Shown: positions 24,996 to 38,023, numbered from the stretch's first letter. The stretch is 64,000 bases of DNA from Pristiophorus japonicus (GCF_044704955.1 NC_091983.1:46934001-46998000); one strand, 5' to 3'. Made by a program: numbers and translations. Notes: generated from the letters alone by a model not told the origin.

Positions 24996-26166
24996 AACAT
25001 AAGAACATAAGAAATAGGAGCAGGAGTAGGCTATTCAGCCCATCGAGCCTGCTCCGCCATTCAGTAAGAACATGGCTGATCTTCTCCCTCAACTCCACTT
25101 TCCTGCACTATCCCTATCCCTTGATTCCCTTAATATTCAAAAATCTATCGATCTCTGTCTTGAATATACTTAACGACTGAACCCCCACAGCCCTCTGGGG
25201 TAGAGAATTCTAAAGAGTCATCACTCTGTGAATGAAGACATTTCTCCTCATCTCAGTCCTAAATGGCCGACCCCTTATTCTGAGACTGTGACCCCGGTTC
25301 TAGATTCCCCAGCCACGGGAAACTCTTCCCTGCATCTACTACGTCAAGCCCTGTAAGAATATTGTATGCTTCCATGAGACCACCTCTCATTCTTCTAAAC
25401 TCTGAAGAATATAGGCCTAGTCTACTCAATCTCTCCTCATAGGATAATCCCGGAATCAGTCTGGTGAACCTTTGTTGCACTCCCTCTATGCAAGCATATC
25501 CTTTCTTAGGTAAAGAGACTAAAACTGTACAAAATACTCCAGGTGTGGTCTCACCAGGACCTATATAATTGTAATAAGACATCTTTACTTTTATACTCAA
25601 ATCCTCTTGTAATAAAGGCCGACATATCATTTGCTTTCTTAATTGCTTGCTGTACCTGTATGTTAACTTTCAGTGATTTGTGTACAAGGACACCCAGGTC
25701 CCTCTGAACACCAACATTTCCCAATCTCTCACTATCTAAAAAATACTCTGCTTTTCTATTGTTCCTACCAAAGTGGATAACTTCACATTTCTCCACATTA
25801 TATTCCATTTGCCATGTTCTTGTCCACTCACTTAGCCTGTCTATATCCCCCTTGATCCTCTTTGCATCCTCCTCACAACTTACATTCCCACCTAGCTTTG
25901 TATCATCAGCAAACTTGGATAGATTTCATTTGCCCCCCTCATCCAAACCATTGATATATATTGTGAATAGCTGAGGCCCAAGCACTGATCCTTGCAGTAC
26001 CCCACTAGATACAGCCTGCCAAACCAAAAATGACCCGTTTATTCCTACTCTCTGTTTTTTGTCCGTTAACCAATCCTCAATCCATGCTAGTATATTATCC
26101 CCAATCCCATGAGCTCTAATTTTGTTTAATAATCCCTTGAGCCCTAACTTTGTTTAATAACCTCTT
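24996..26166 (-). mobile_element. CR1 LINE 3' fragment in Myb exon 2 of Harbinger 3
   Basis: (CATAAGAA)n tail and MEYNVEKCEVIHFG. A short internal tandem duplication lies at the 5' junction (~26110-26166). Confidence 0.93.
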
Positions 26167-26397
26167 GAACGTGGTGTACAACCAGAGGCAGCAGGAACTA
26201 ACAGGAGGGGGAGAGGCATGCCTGCATGTTTTAACCCCCATCGAGGAGACAGTGCTTGCCATTATGGCCATTGGTTAGGCTGTGACCACCGGTGGGGCTG
26301 AAGCAAATGATGAAGAGGGTATACTCATACCTAATGCTCTTTCTCGCATCCAGCTTCTCTCTCATCCCTCAATATCTTCTGGCTTACAACCTGCAGT

Positions 26398-26779
26398 AAA
26401 GAAAAAAAAAACATTTGCATTTATATAGCACCTTTGATGAACACCGGACGTCTTAAAGCGCTTTACAGCCAATGAATGTACAATGTAGTCACTTGTAATG
26501 TGGGAAACGCGGCAGCCAATTTACGCACAAGCAACGCCCACAAACAGCAATGTGATAATGACCGGATAAACTGTTTTTGTTATGTTGATTGAGGGATAAG
26601 TATTGGCCAGAACACTGGGGATAACTCCCCTGCTCTTCTTCGAAACAATGCATTGGGATCTTTTACATCCACCTGAAAGGGCTTTGTTTTAACGTCACAT
26701 CCGAAAGACCACACCTCCAACAGTGCAGCGCTCCCTCAGCACTGCACTGGAGTGTCAGCCTAGATTTATGTGCTCAAGT
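26398..26779 (-). mobile_element. Deu-domain SINE (SacSINE1-like), head missing
   Basis: Similar to 33917-34330. Contains ACAGTGCAGCGCTCCCTCAGCACTGCACTGGAGTGTCAGCC and an L2-type tail. Confidence 0.8.
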
Positions 26780-27439
26780 TGATGTAATCATGCACCTCTT
26801 AGTTTCTCCTTTCCCTTCACCACAACCTAAATCTTATTGCTTTTCATTTCAGACAATCAAGAACTGGAACTTGACCAGTCAGTGGAGGAGAAGCAGGAAG
26901 AAAGGACTCTATCATGTGATTTCACAGTCACAGCCAACAGCTCAGATACTGACAATGCACGTCATTTAAAGGATAGATTAGAGGCAGGATCTGCACACAG
27001 TGAGACACCGGGCACAAGTGCACTGGAGCCAAGGCAGGGGGAAAGAATAGTGTAGGTGCCAGATCACCGGAGGGCGAGGTCACACCCTAGTTCTGCTGCA
27101 GAGAACTCAGATGAGGACTTTGATGGGCCAGGCTACAGAACAAGGCTGATGGGTGAACATAATCAACTGCTTGGTGCACTGGGAGTCCTGCCGAAAAGCC
27201 TGCGCTCAATGTCAAAGAGCACGGAGGAGTCCATCACCAACTTGGCACAGGACTTTGCACAGAGCTTGGAGCCCATACTTTCCAACATGGAATGGCTAGC
27301 CACCTACATCAGCACACCTGTGGAACCAACCATGATACAGCTGATGACTCAGCTTCCATTGCAGCATGAGCAGCAACCACCCAAAGTCTGAGTGCTGCCA
27401 TGGAAGCTCAGACTGCTGTTATCCTGGCTCTGGATACTC

Positions 27440-27990
27440 ATGTGCAATCTGTTCTCAAAAAGATCTGCTCCCTAATGACCCTCTGGGGACATGGCCTCCT
27501 GCAGAGAGCCCTTCGCCCCCTCCCCCTCCTCCTTCGGTTCCGTGTGAGCTCTGCTCATTCTCGCAGTCATGCTTAATGCCAAGAGGAAGACCTATGATGT
27601 CCAGGCCACCCATGTCTGGGAGCAACTCATTTGTGCACAAGCCTTTAAGGCCCCCTAAAAGTTCTTCAGCACCACCCAGACCAATCTCTGTAAACTTTTA
27701 TACCTTTAAATATGTATGTGAAAACCAGAAGAAATAACCCAGTAACGAACCCAGTAAGTAGTTCATGATCCCTTTAAATAGCACTGCTGGGGGAGTTCTT
27801 CATGCGACTTAATGTCACCTTCGGCTGTCTAAGGTTAAGAGAGGGTGTAGGCTGGAGCATAGAGCTCCATAATGGCAGTGCTTGCATCAAATCGGCATTG
27901 CATGCTGATTGGCCTCACAATCTGCTCTGCCTGCTGTCAGTGTTCATTCGGTGCACTTGCGCTATCCTCTTTTCGAAGATGATGTCCAGC
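27440..27990 (-). mobile_element. Second copy of the transposase 5'/promoter end of the Harbinger 3 lineage
   Basis: LPLGIKHDCENEQ parallels LPLGIEHDWENEE at ~32040. The flanking CCCTTTAAATAGCAC...GGTTAAGAGA is shared with 32240-32330. Confidence 0.65.
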
Positions 27991-27991
27991 G

Positions 27992-28444
27992 CACTCGACC
28001 AGCTTCGCTGGGCAGGCCATATTGTTTGCATGCCAGACATGAGACTCCCAAAGCAAGCACTCTACTCGGAGCTCCTTCACGGCAAATGAACCAAAGGTGG
28101 GCAGAGGAGACGTTACAGGGACACCCTCAAAGCCTCCCTGATAAAGTGCAACATCCCCAATGACACCTGGGAGTCCCTAGCCAAAGACCGATCTAAGTGG
28201 AGGAAGTGCATCCGGGAGGGCGCTGAGCACCTCGAGTCTCATCGCCGAGAGTGTGCAGAAATCAAGCGCAGGCAGCGGAAAGAGCGTGCGGCAAACCTGT
28301 CCCACCCACCCGTTCACTCAACGACTATCTGTCCCACCAGTGACAGAGATTGTGGTTCTCGTATTGGACTGTTCAGCCACCTAAGGACTCATTTTAAGAG
28401 TGGAAGCAAGTCTTCCTCAATTCCGAGGGACGGCCTATGATGAT
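27992..28444 (+). mobile_element. RTE (BovB-like) LINE 3' fragment
   Basis: LDQLRWAGHIVCMPDMRLPKQALYSEL...RYRDTLKASL...CPT.DRDCGSRIGLFSHLRTH, tail GCCTATGATGAT. Confidence 0.9.
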
Positions 28445-29266
28445 ATTGGAATGGCCAACACATTATTAGGATTGCTAAGATGTGGCCCCTGCAGAAGGGC
28501 AGCGGCTCCATGGAGTACGAACCTGCTGTCCTCTCTCAGGATGACAGCATTCATCTTTGCACCATTGCCACTCCGCCAGTGCCCTTGCAGTTGCCTGTCA
28601 GCCAGCCAGCTAGACTGTTGCAAGCCAGACTGAGACGGTAATTTCTGAAGCCAGGCCTTCTAGGCTCAGAGCTACTCGCGGTTGCCCTCCAAGGCCATCT
28701 ATTGTCTTCTCAACTGAAGTTCAGCAGCCTTCCACCAGCTATGCTCGAGCCACTGGGAAAACAGCTCGTCGAAGCACCAGGGGAAGCAAAGGCACACGGA
28801 AGTAGCACTAAGATAATGCACAAGGGTGGTTAGGTTATTTTTGTAAGTGTTATGTCATGATTTCATTTATAAATTTGGATTGGAATGTGTACTTTGTGTT
28901 GGCTTTTATTTTTGCATTGTGGGAAAGTGACAGCGGAAAGGTAAGGAGCATGGGACTGTTGGTAAATGGGCATTTGGGATTACTGATATTGCTCATGAAT
29001 TATTTGCTCACGTAGAGCTCGAGCAGTAAAGGGCTATCTACCTTGTAGCCTCCATTCCTTTTCCCATTCTTCCTCTTCCTCCTCTTCCTCTTCCTCCACG
29101 TGTTCCTCCTCTACTTTCTCTTCCGCGTGCTTCTGCTCCTCAGCTTCTTGCCTGATAGGTGGCAGCAATGACTGTTCCCCCGTAATGGCCAGGTTGTGCA
29201 ACGTGCAGCAAACTACCTCAAATTTTGAGACCTGCTCAGCTGAGTACTGCAGGGCTCATCCAAACT

Positions 29267-29762
29267 CATAGAATGGTTACAGCACAGAAGGAGTCCATTC
29301 CGACCATCGATTCCATGACAGCTTTTTGCAGGAGCACTTCAGCTAATCCCACACCTTTGCCCTTTCCCCGTAGCCCTACAATTGTCTTTCCTTTATCTAA
29401 TTCCCTGTTGAAAGCCACGATTGTGTCTGCCTCCACCTCCTTTTCAGGCAGTGCATTTCAGATCCTAACCATTTGTTGCCTAAAATATCTTTTGCCAATC
29501 ACCTTAACTCTGTGTCCTCTGGTTCTTGCCCCTTCCGCCAATGGGAACAGTTTCTCTCTATCTACTCTGTATAGTCCCCTCATGATTTTGAATATCTTTA
29601 TCAAATCTCTTCTCAACTTTCTCTGCATTAAGGAAAACAACCCTAGCTTCACCAGTCTATCCACATAACTGAAGTCCCTCATCCCTGGAATCACTCTTGT
29701 AAATCTTTTCTGCACCCTCTCAAAGACCCTCACATCCCTCCTAAAGTGTGGTTCCCAGAATT
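29267..29762 (-). mobile_element. CR1 LINE 3' fragment
   Basis: ERVQKRFTRVIPGMRDFSYVDRLVKLGLFSL. Confidence 0.9.
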
Positions 29763-30815
29763 GTCTGTGACTCTCATTCTCTGTCTGTCAGTGTCTGTGT
29801 TTCTGACAGCGAGGGGAGGGGGAGGAGGGGGGTAGAGGGAGAGAGGGGGGGAGCAGGGGGAGGGATGGGGGAGAAGGGGGAGGGATGGGGGAGAAGGGGG
29901 AGAAGGGGAGAAGGAGGGGGGAGGGGGAGGGGGAGGGGGGCAAGGGGGGGAGAAGTGGGGGAGGGGGGAGGAGGAGAAGGGGGAGGGGGGAAGAGGAGAA
30001 GAGGAGGAGGGGGAAGTGAGATGGGAGGGAAAGGAGATGGGGGGGAAAGAAGAAGGGGGAGGGAGGCTGAACAGGCCGGGGCCGGCCGGGCCCGAGACTT
30101 CGGGCAGGGCCCGTCCCCAGCACCAGATTTACAGGTAGGTGACGTTGGGTCGGGTCGGGGGAAGCATGGGTTGGGGGGGTGGTGGGAGGGAGGTCGGTTC
30201 GGTTTGGGTCGGGGGGAGGGAGGGAGAGGGATGTCAGGTCGGGTCCAGTCGGTGGTGGGGGTGGGGGAAGCGGGAGTCAGGTCGGTGTCGGTGTCAGGTC
30301 CGGTCTGGAGGCGGGGGAAGCGGGAGTCGGGTCGGGTCCAGTCCGGGGGGTCGGGGTCGGGTCCGGTCCAGGAGTGGGGAAGGGGGGAGGGGAAGCGGGA
30401 GTCGGGTCGGGGTCGGGTCCGGTCCAGGAGCGGGGGCGGGGGGAAGTGGGAGTCGAGTCCGGTCGGGAGGAAGCAGGAGCTGGCCATGGGAGGAGCCTTA
30501 TTCACGCAGCCCCAGTGAGGCCATTCGGCCAGGGCTAGGGGCTGCGTGCTTCGGGCCCCTCCCACACAGTTTTGGGTGCCTGGAGCTACTGAACATGCAC
30601 GCCCACTATAGCGCATGTGCAGAGGTCCCGGCACTGTTTTCAGCGCAGGGACCTGGCTCCGCCCCCTACAGCTCTTACTGCGCTGCGCCGAGCTGCAAAT
30701 GACCTGCAGGGAGCTGGAGAATCTCGAAGTTTTTTTTAGGCGCACTTTGTGGCGTGAAAAACGGGCGTCCAGGTCGGGACTGCGCCGTTCTAGGCGCGGC
30801 TCAAAACTTGGGCCC
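29763..30815. mobile_element. Right arm of G-rich TIR element (left arm absent)
   Basis: Purine/G-rich and (GGGTC)n tracts, then a CpG-rich arm highly similar to 43790-44111, ending AAACTTGGGCCC. Confidence 0.88.
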
Positions 30816-31154
30816 TATATTACAACAGTGACTACACTCCAAAAAGTACTTCATTGACTGTAAAGCGCTTTGAGATGTCCTGTGGTCGTGAAAGGCGCTA
30901 TATAAATCCAAATCTTTCTTTCTTCCTTCTAAATTTCATCTACCACATATCCAGTTCACCAGCCTGTCTATGTCTTCTTGAAGTCTAACCAGACAACTTC
31001 ACCTCAGAAAGGCCTGAAATTTAAAGCGGTTTTGCATCCGATTGAGCAAGCAAAAGAAAATTTCAATCGGGGTGGCCACTTTTTCTACCCATCCAACCTG
31101 AATCCCAACAGCTGTTTGGTGCCCTTTCTGGCGGTGAGCTCTGCCCTGTACACC

Positions 31155-31707
31155 CAAATCAAGTCATTAATATATATCAAGAAAAGCAGTGGTCCTAGTA
31201 ACGACACCTGGGGAGCACCACTGTATACCTTCCTCCAGTCTGAAAAACAACAGTTCACCATTACTCTCTGTTTCCTGTCACTTAGCCAATTTCATATCCA
31301 TGTTGCCACTGACCCTTTTATTCCACGTGCTTCAACTTTGCTGGCAAGCCTATTATGCGGCACTTTATCAAATGCCTTTTGGAAGTCCATGTGCACATTG
31401 TCAACCGCATTGCCCTCATCAACCCCCTCTGTTACCTTATCAAAAAGCTCGATCAAGTTAGTTAATCACAATTTGCTTTTAACAAATCCATGCTGACTTT
31501 CCTTAATTAATCCACACATGTCAAGTGACTGTAAACTTTGACCCTGATTATTGTTTCTAAAAGCTTCCCCACTACTGAGGTTAAACTGATGACCTGTAGT
31601 TGCTGGGTTTATCCTTACACGCTTTTTTGAACAAGGGTGTAACATTTGCAGTTCTCCAGTTCTCTGGTACTACCCCCGTATAAGGAGGATTGGAAGATTA
31701 TGGCCAG
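31155..31707 (-). mobile_element. CR1 LINE RT fragment
   Basis: Reverse strand gives DFQKAFDKVPH and SGAPQVSLLGPLLFLIYINDL-type RT motifs. Confidence 0.85.
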
Positions 31708-32340
31708 CAACAGCCTGAAAGGAACCAGACGCAAAAAATCTCAGAGCCACAGACGCTTCACAGCCATAGGTAATGCAGTCCATGCCCTGTTCTGAGGTTT
31801 GAATTGTGGAAGCAGCAGCTGGCAGATTTCAGTCATGACCTCTTTAGAGAAACAAAGACATCACAAGCATTGGACCTCGCTGAAGTTCAAGTAACAGAGT
31901 TGCTCCCTAAACACACACTGTAAATATGGTCTCCTGCTGAGACCCTGTCTCGCCCTCCACCTCCTCCCTCTTCTAGCAACTTGTCGTGCTCTGCGTGGCC
32001 TCTCTTCATTCTCCCAGTCATGCTCAATCCCAAGAGGAAGACCTACTAGTCCATCCATGTCTGGAAGAACTGGTTTCAGCAAAAGCCTTGAAGTCACCAA
32101 AAACGTACTTCAGCACCAGCCAGATCACTCCCTGTAGACTATTAAAACTTTTAACAAGTATGGAACAGCACCCAAAACATGTAGAATTGTAGCAACAGCC
32201 AGAAGAAATGATCCAGCAAGCAACCTGTAAGTAGTTGATGGTCCCTTTAAATAGCACCATTGGCGGGGGGAGAGTTCTTCATGCCGTTTAACGGCGTGTT
32301 TCAGCTGTGCGAGGTTAAGAGAAGGTGTGGGCTGCACCGT

Positions 32341-32578
32341 GATTGTATGTTTTAAAGTTTAATTTGTTTTAATTGCCGGTGTTTTTAGTGTCCCCCTCCC
32401 CTTTTATAGGGGGCACTTGTCAAATGTGGATTTTAATGCCCTAAAAAAAAAACACAAAAAAACCCTACAAAAATACAAAAAAAACAACAAAAAAAAGAGG
32501 ACTATCATAAGTGTCTGGAGTGTCCCCCAGATTGGGGGGCACTCGATCTAATGTTATTTTGTACTCCCCAAAAAGAGT
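32341..32578 (+). mobile_element. 238-bp insertion with 15-bp TSD, probably the 3' end of a Tx1/L1-type LINE
   Basis: TGTGGGCTGCACCGT is repeated at 32326-32340 and 32579-32593. Two related hairpins are separated by an A-rich tract. Confidence 0.7.
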
Positions 32579-32829
32579 TGTGGGCTGCACCGTTGTGGTC
32601 AAAAATAGCAGCACTGGTGTCAAATCAGCATTGTACACTGAGTGACGTTATGATCTGCCTGCTCTGCATGTGGTTTGGTGTGTGCGCTAACCCCTTTGCA
32701 CATACGGTGTCCGGTGCACTTCCCGTCAGAAGTGTGCGCGCACATCATGGATGCCATTTTCAATCTTTGGGAGGCCTACAGAGCCCAATTTAGCCACCAA
32801 CATGACTTTTCTTTTTAAAAGTTCCTCCA

Positions 32830-33155
32830 TAGCTTGACCGCAGCATAACCCTACAGCGTCTTGGCGCTCTATGTGCCAATGTATGCCCTCGGTTCTTCCA
32901 ACTTTGGCCTCATGTGGATCACTCCTCCCTCTGCTTCACCATTGGTGGCAGAGCCTTCACTTGTCTCGGTCCTACATTTTGGGGCTTCTATCCCTAACCC
33001 CTCCCATCTTGCTAATCTCTCTCCACCTTCAAAAGCCTCTTCAAAACCAACTCCGTTAACCACATTTCTCACTGCTGCTTGCTGGGCTTTTTCTCTCCTT
33101 GGAACCTTGGAATATTTACTACAGCAAAGATACTTATATAAATGTACATTGTTGT
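32830..33155 (+). mobile_element. Old L2 3' fragment
   Basis: CCATTGGTGGCAGAGCCTTCA...CCTTCAAAAGCC...TATATAAATGTACATTGTTGT, similar to 3590-3840. Confidence 0.65.
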
Positions 33156-33916
33156 GGTACAATGTACATTGAATTTTTAAAGCTTCTTGTAGGATTTTTC
33201 ATTAGAACTCTTTTGATGGTCTGATCTGAAATGTTTGCTTATCTTCCTCCTTCACATGATGAGTGTCTCTCAAGCAAGGCCATTTATAATACATTGTAGG
33301 TGCAGTTCAATACCTTTTTAGTAATAGGAATTATGTTTCTATGTTTGTAACTATTTTAAAAAGTTGACTCTGATTTATTTTGTAAGTTTCAGTTTGGGAA
33401 CTTAGTGACACAGGCCTTAAAGCAGCATGCTTTTGTTTGAGGTCTGTGTTCAAATCCAGACTATACCATTGGGATTAAAATCTTCCTAGATTATCAATGC
33501 AAAATAAGCTTAGGTAAGATCACTCGATTTTTAGTGGGCTCACCCTACTAATCTGTCCATTAAATTGAAGAATCATTTTGAACAGCATGACTTGCTCCAA
33601 GAGTGGGAACAGGCCCAGCCCCTAAGGTAACAATTGTTTGGATGTAAGAGAAGTAATAGGAGCAGGTTTAGAGAATTTCTATTAGCGTAGTAGTGGCCTC
33701 CTTTCCCTCCATTTCACCCTAACTTGTCACCTGTTGAAGGTCTCAGCCTTGGCCCAGGCCTTCAGTAAAAAAGTCAATGCTGATTTTTGGGGCTTTTCTG
33801 CCGCTTTAACTAGTCCCTGCCTCTTCTGAATTTTCTACACTTATACTGGACTCCTAGTTACTGATAAGATACCCTCTGAGAGTCAATCTTGCATAAATAA
33901 TGACCTCAGCACCACT

Positions 33917-34330
33917 ATGGCTCAGTTGGTAGCACCCTTGCCTCTGAGCTGGAAGGTTGTGGGTTCAAGTCCCACTCCAGAGAATTGAGCACAAAATCTA
34001 GACTGACACTCCAGTGCAGTACTGATGGAGTGCTGCACTGTCTGAGGTGCCATTTTTCGGATGAGACGTTAAACCCTCTGTCCTCTTAGGTGGAGGTAAA
34101 AGATCCCAGGGCACTAGCTCTATTGGTCTGGTGTCCGGACCAATATTTATCGCTCAACAAACACCACCAAGATAGATTATCTGATCATTATCACATAACT
34201 GTTTGTGGGAACTTGCTGGGTGAAAATTGGCTGCTGTGTTTCCTACATCACAACAGTGACTACACTGTAAAGTGTCTTATGACGTCCTGAGATCCAGAAA
34301 GGCGCTATATAAAAGCAACTCTTTCTTTCT
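33917..34330 (+). mobile_element. Near full-length Deu-domain SINE (SacSINE1-like)
   Basis: tRNA-like head TGGCTCAGTTGG (A box) and GGTTCAAGTCC (B box), Deu core TTTTCGGATGAGACGTTAAAC, tail AAAGGCGCTATATAAA. Confidence 0.85.
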
Positions 34331-35099
34331 GACGGGTTGGCATCATGGCACGGTCTGGGCAAAGGGTAGAAGTCCCTCCAGCCCTCCAAGGGCAGGAAGA
34401 GGCGAATTTAGGCCTTATTCTCATTATTAACAATAGTTTGGTGATTTTTTTATTTTCCTCAATATAAGAGATGTCAATTCTGGGGGGATACATTATTTTC
34501 TTGCTAACCTCGTGTTAGCATCATGCATTTCCAGGTCACATATAATACAACCAGATGTGCAGTAACCTTCCCTACACTCCTTCTACAGTATACTTGATGT
34601 CCAACTCAGAAAACCTCCCAAGTGCCTTCATTTCTAGTCTCGATTGGCCTTATAACTAAAGGTGTAAGTGATATTGACAATTTATGACAGTTTGATGCAT
34701 TAAGCCCAACAAAAATTTAGTTGACTTACCCAAATGGATTTTTACATAGGAAGTGACTTTGGTCAATTATAATTACTGGAATAATGAGAGTTTGATCCAA
34801 CCAGTCTGGTTTGGTCTGGATTCAAACCTAGGCTTAATAATAAATGCACAAAATTCCAACTCTTTGGTTTCCAAGATTAAATAAATATATATTGTCTTGT
34901 TTTAAAAAAATACTAAAATAAAATGACAATTTATATCAGTTGACCATCACAACTGTAATGTGATTTCATTGGTATCTTGCTGAAGTATTTATTCTCCAAC
35001 AACAATGGTTATCTCAAGAATCAGATTATAGATTGTTTCTGATTATGGTTCACATCAGAAGGATTTCGGGTTGGTTTGGTTTGGTTGTGGAGAGAGATG

Positions 35100-36140
35100 T
35101 CTGGTGTGGTGCTGGAGGATTGGAGGACTGCCAGTATTGTACCATTATTTAAAAATGGAGACAGGGATAGACCAAGTAATTACAGGCCAGTCAGCCTAAC
35201 CTCGGTGGTGGGTAAATTATTGGAAAAATTCTGAAGGATACTATTAATTGTTATTTAGAAAGACACGGATTAATCAAGGAGAGTCAGCATTGATTTGTTA
35301 AGGGATGGTCATGTCTGACTAACTTGACTGAATTTTTTGAGGAGGTAATAAGGAGTGTCGCTTAGAGTAGCATATTTGATGTAGTCTACATGGATTTTGG
35401 CAAGTTTTTGACACGTCCCACATGGCAGACTGCTCAGAATATTAAAATTCCATGGGTCCAAGGGAAAGTGGCAAGTTGGATCCAAAATTGTAGTTGTAGG
35501 AAGCAAAGGGTAATGGTCGACAGGTGTTTTGTGGCTTGAAGGCTGTTTCCAGTTGGGTTCCACAGAGCTCAGTACCAGGTCACTTGCTTTTTGTGGTATT
35601 CATCAATGATTTAGAATTCAATGTAGGGGACATAATTAAGAAGTTTGCAGATGATACAAAAATTGGCTGTGTGGTTGAAAGTGAGGAAGAAAGCTGTAGA
35701 TTACAGGAAGATATCAATTGACTAGTCAGGTGGGCAGGAAAGTGGCAAATGGAATTCAATCCAGAGAACTGTGAGGTAATGCATTTGGGGGGCGGGGGCT
35801 AATAAGGCAAGGCAATACACAATAAATGGTAGGACACTAAGAAGCGTAGAGGAACAAAGGGACCTTAGAGTGCATGTCCACAGATCCCTGAAGGTAGCAG
35901 GATCGGTAGATAAGGTGGTTGAGAAGGCATACGGGATACTTTCGTTTACTAGCCGAGGCATAAAATATAAGAGCACTAGTAAGGCCTCAACTTGAGTACT
36001 GTGTGCAGTTCTGGTCACCACATTATAGGAAAGATGTGATTGCACTAGAGAGGGTACAGAGGAGATTGCCAGGACTAGAGAATCTTAGCTATGAGGAAAG
36101 ATTGGATAGGCTGGTATTGTTTTCTTTAGAACAGAGGAAG
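35100..36140 (+). mobile_element. CR1 RT fragment inserted in duplicate copy 1
   Basis: VFINDL...KFADDTKIG and [20 protein letters not shown]. Absent from copy 2. Confidence 0.9.
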
Positions 36141-36429
36141 CTGTTCAAAAATGTTAAAGTGGAAGTAACAAATGAGATGAAAGTTAGTGGCCTTGTTAAA
36201 TAATGATTTGTGGCTTTCTTATGAGTCAGAATCAGTCTGATCTAGAAAAGGTAAAATTAGAAACAGCAACAATAGATAAAGGAGAGACAACAGAAGAAGA
36301 TTCAAGAGAGGTAACAAGAGAAGCCTTCAGTTAGGTTACAGTGATACCTTCACCATCACTACCTCCAGGCAAAGCTGCATAGTAGCATTCTTTTGTTTTA
36401 AACGACTTAGTGCCAATTGACCTCTCTGT

Positions 36430-38023
36430 GGGCCCAAGTTTCCACATGATTCGCGCCTGATTTTTAGGAGCAACTGGTGGAGAACGGACTATTTTAGAAA
36501 TCGCAATTCTCCACATATTTTTTTCTGCAGCTCTAGTCAGGTAGAACAGTTCTAGTTTAGAACAGAATTTTTTCTTCAAAAGGGGGCGTGTCCGGCCACT
36601 GACGCCTGATTTGAAAGTTTCCATTTGAAAGAGTGAAAATGTACTCCGAACTAAAGTAGAATGGAGCCAGTGAAGATTTTTGTAGAACTTATAAAATCTT
36701 TTCTACACATTAAAAAATCAGGCGCAGGTTACAAATTAGGCGTCCAGAACGAGGTGGGGGGGAGGGGGGGGTGAAGGGAACTCATTAAATTTGACAATAA
36801 ATCCTTATTTATACTTCTACAAATATTATACAAATAAATCCAACCTGAATAAACATTTATAAGCCAAGAAAAGATTAAATAAACCATCTTCCTACCTGTG
36901 TGAAAGTGCTTCAGCCAGGGAGAATTCTGCAGCCGTNNNNNNNNNNNNNNNNNNNNNNNNNNNNNNNNNNNNNNNNNNNNNNNNNNNNNNNNNNNNNNNN
37001 NNNNNNNNNNNNNNNNNNNNNNNNNNNNNNNNNNNNNNNNNNNNNNNNNNNNNNNNNNNNNNNNNNNNNNNNNNNNNNNNNNNNNNNNNNNNNNNNNNNN
37101 NNNNNNNNNNNNNNNNNNNNNNNNNNNNNNNNNNNNNNNNNNNNNNNNNNNNNNNNNNNNNNNNNNNNNNNNNNNNNNNNNNNNNNNNNNNNNNNNNNNN
37201 NNNNNNNNNNNNNNNNNNNNNNNNNNNNNNNNNNNNNNNNNNNNNNNNNNNNNNNNNNNNNNNNNNNNNNNNNNNNNNNNNNNGAGAGAGGGGGGGAGGG
37301 AGAGAGAGAGCGGGGGGGAGGGAGAGAGAGAGGGGGGGAGGGAGAGAGAGGGGGGGAGAGAGAGGGAGGGGGGGGTGGGGAGAGAGAGGGGGGAGGGAGA
37401 GAGAGAGAGGGGGGAGGGAGAGAGAGCGGGGGGGGTGGGGAGAGAGAGAGAGGGAAGGGAGCGAGAGAGAGCGGGGGGGGTAGAGAGCGGGGGGGGGAAG
37501 AGAGAGCGGGGGGGGCGGTTCGGGTCGGGGAACAGGAGCGCGGGTCGGGTCGGGTCAGTCGGGGGGGGGGGAGCGGGTCTTGGGTGTCGGGTCGGGGCGG
37601 GGGGGGAGCGGGTGTCGGGTCGGGTAGGGTCTGGTCGGCGGCGGGGGGGAAGCGAGTGTTGGGTCTGGTCGGGCGGGGAGCAGGAGCTGGCCGTGGGAGG
37701 GCCCTCATTCACGCAGCCCCAGTGAGGCCATTCAGCCAGGGCTAGGGGCTGCGTGCTTCGGGCCCCTCCCACACAGTTCGGCGCCTGGAGCTACTGCACT
37801 TGCGTGCCGACTGTAGCGCGCATGTGCAGAGGTTCTGGCACTGTTTTCAGCGCCGGGACCTGGCTCCGCCCCCCCCACAGCTCGTGCTGGCTGCGCCGAG
37901 AGCCAGAGGACCTGTAAGTAGGTGGAGGATACCGAGGATTTTTTTAGGCGACGTTTTAGGCGCGAAAAACGGGCGCCCAGCTCGGAGGGGCGCCCGTTTT
38001 TTTTTTTGTGGAAACTTGGGCCC
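36430..38023. mobile_element. G-rich non-autonomous TIR element, complete
   Basis: TIR GGGCCCAAGTTTCCACA / TGTGGAAACTTGGGCCC, TSD TGT. Empty site CTCTCTGTGTACC at ~39027-39039. Contains an N gap at 36937-37283. Confidence 0.95.

Larger units (their letters stand above)
24450..32800. mobile_element. Fragmented Harbinger copy 3 (different lineage) hosting many later insertions
   Basis: Plus-strand Myb exons at ~24500-24710 (VEVNARRVAPRT*MQCRKTFNNLTRMVK), 24993/26170-26320 (NVVYNQRQQELTGGG) and 26853 onward. Minus-strand transposase N-terminus at 31705-32055 (FSKEVMTEICQLL..FFASGSFQ) and C-terminus at 28990-29260 (LQYSAEQVSKFEVVCCTLHNLAI). Confidence 0.75.

Noticed and set aside
30505-30545. 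Hammerhead ribozyme in the TIR-element hairpin
   Set aside because: TGAGGCC..GGCC resembles stem II, but the CUGANGA and GAAA cores are absent.
29748-30745. Long Gly/Arg- and Pro-rich ORFs
   Set aside because: Artefacts of the stop-poor G-rich core of the TIR element; open in several frames on both strands.
33917-33980. tRNA gene
   Set aside because: The A and B boxes are a SINE head, followed directly by the Deu domain and an L2-type tail.
33395-34830. LF-SINE-like ancient SINEs (33395-33660, 34500-34830, also 6335-6580)
   Set aside because: Only B-box-like remnants are visible; too degenerate to assign without a profile search.
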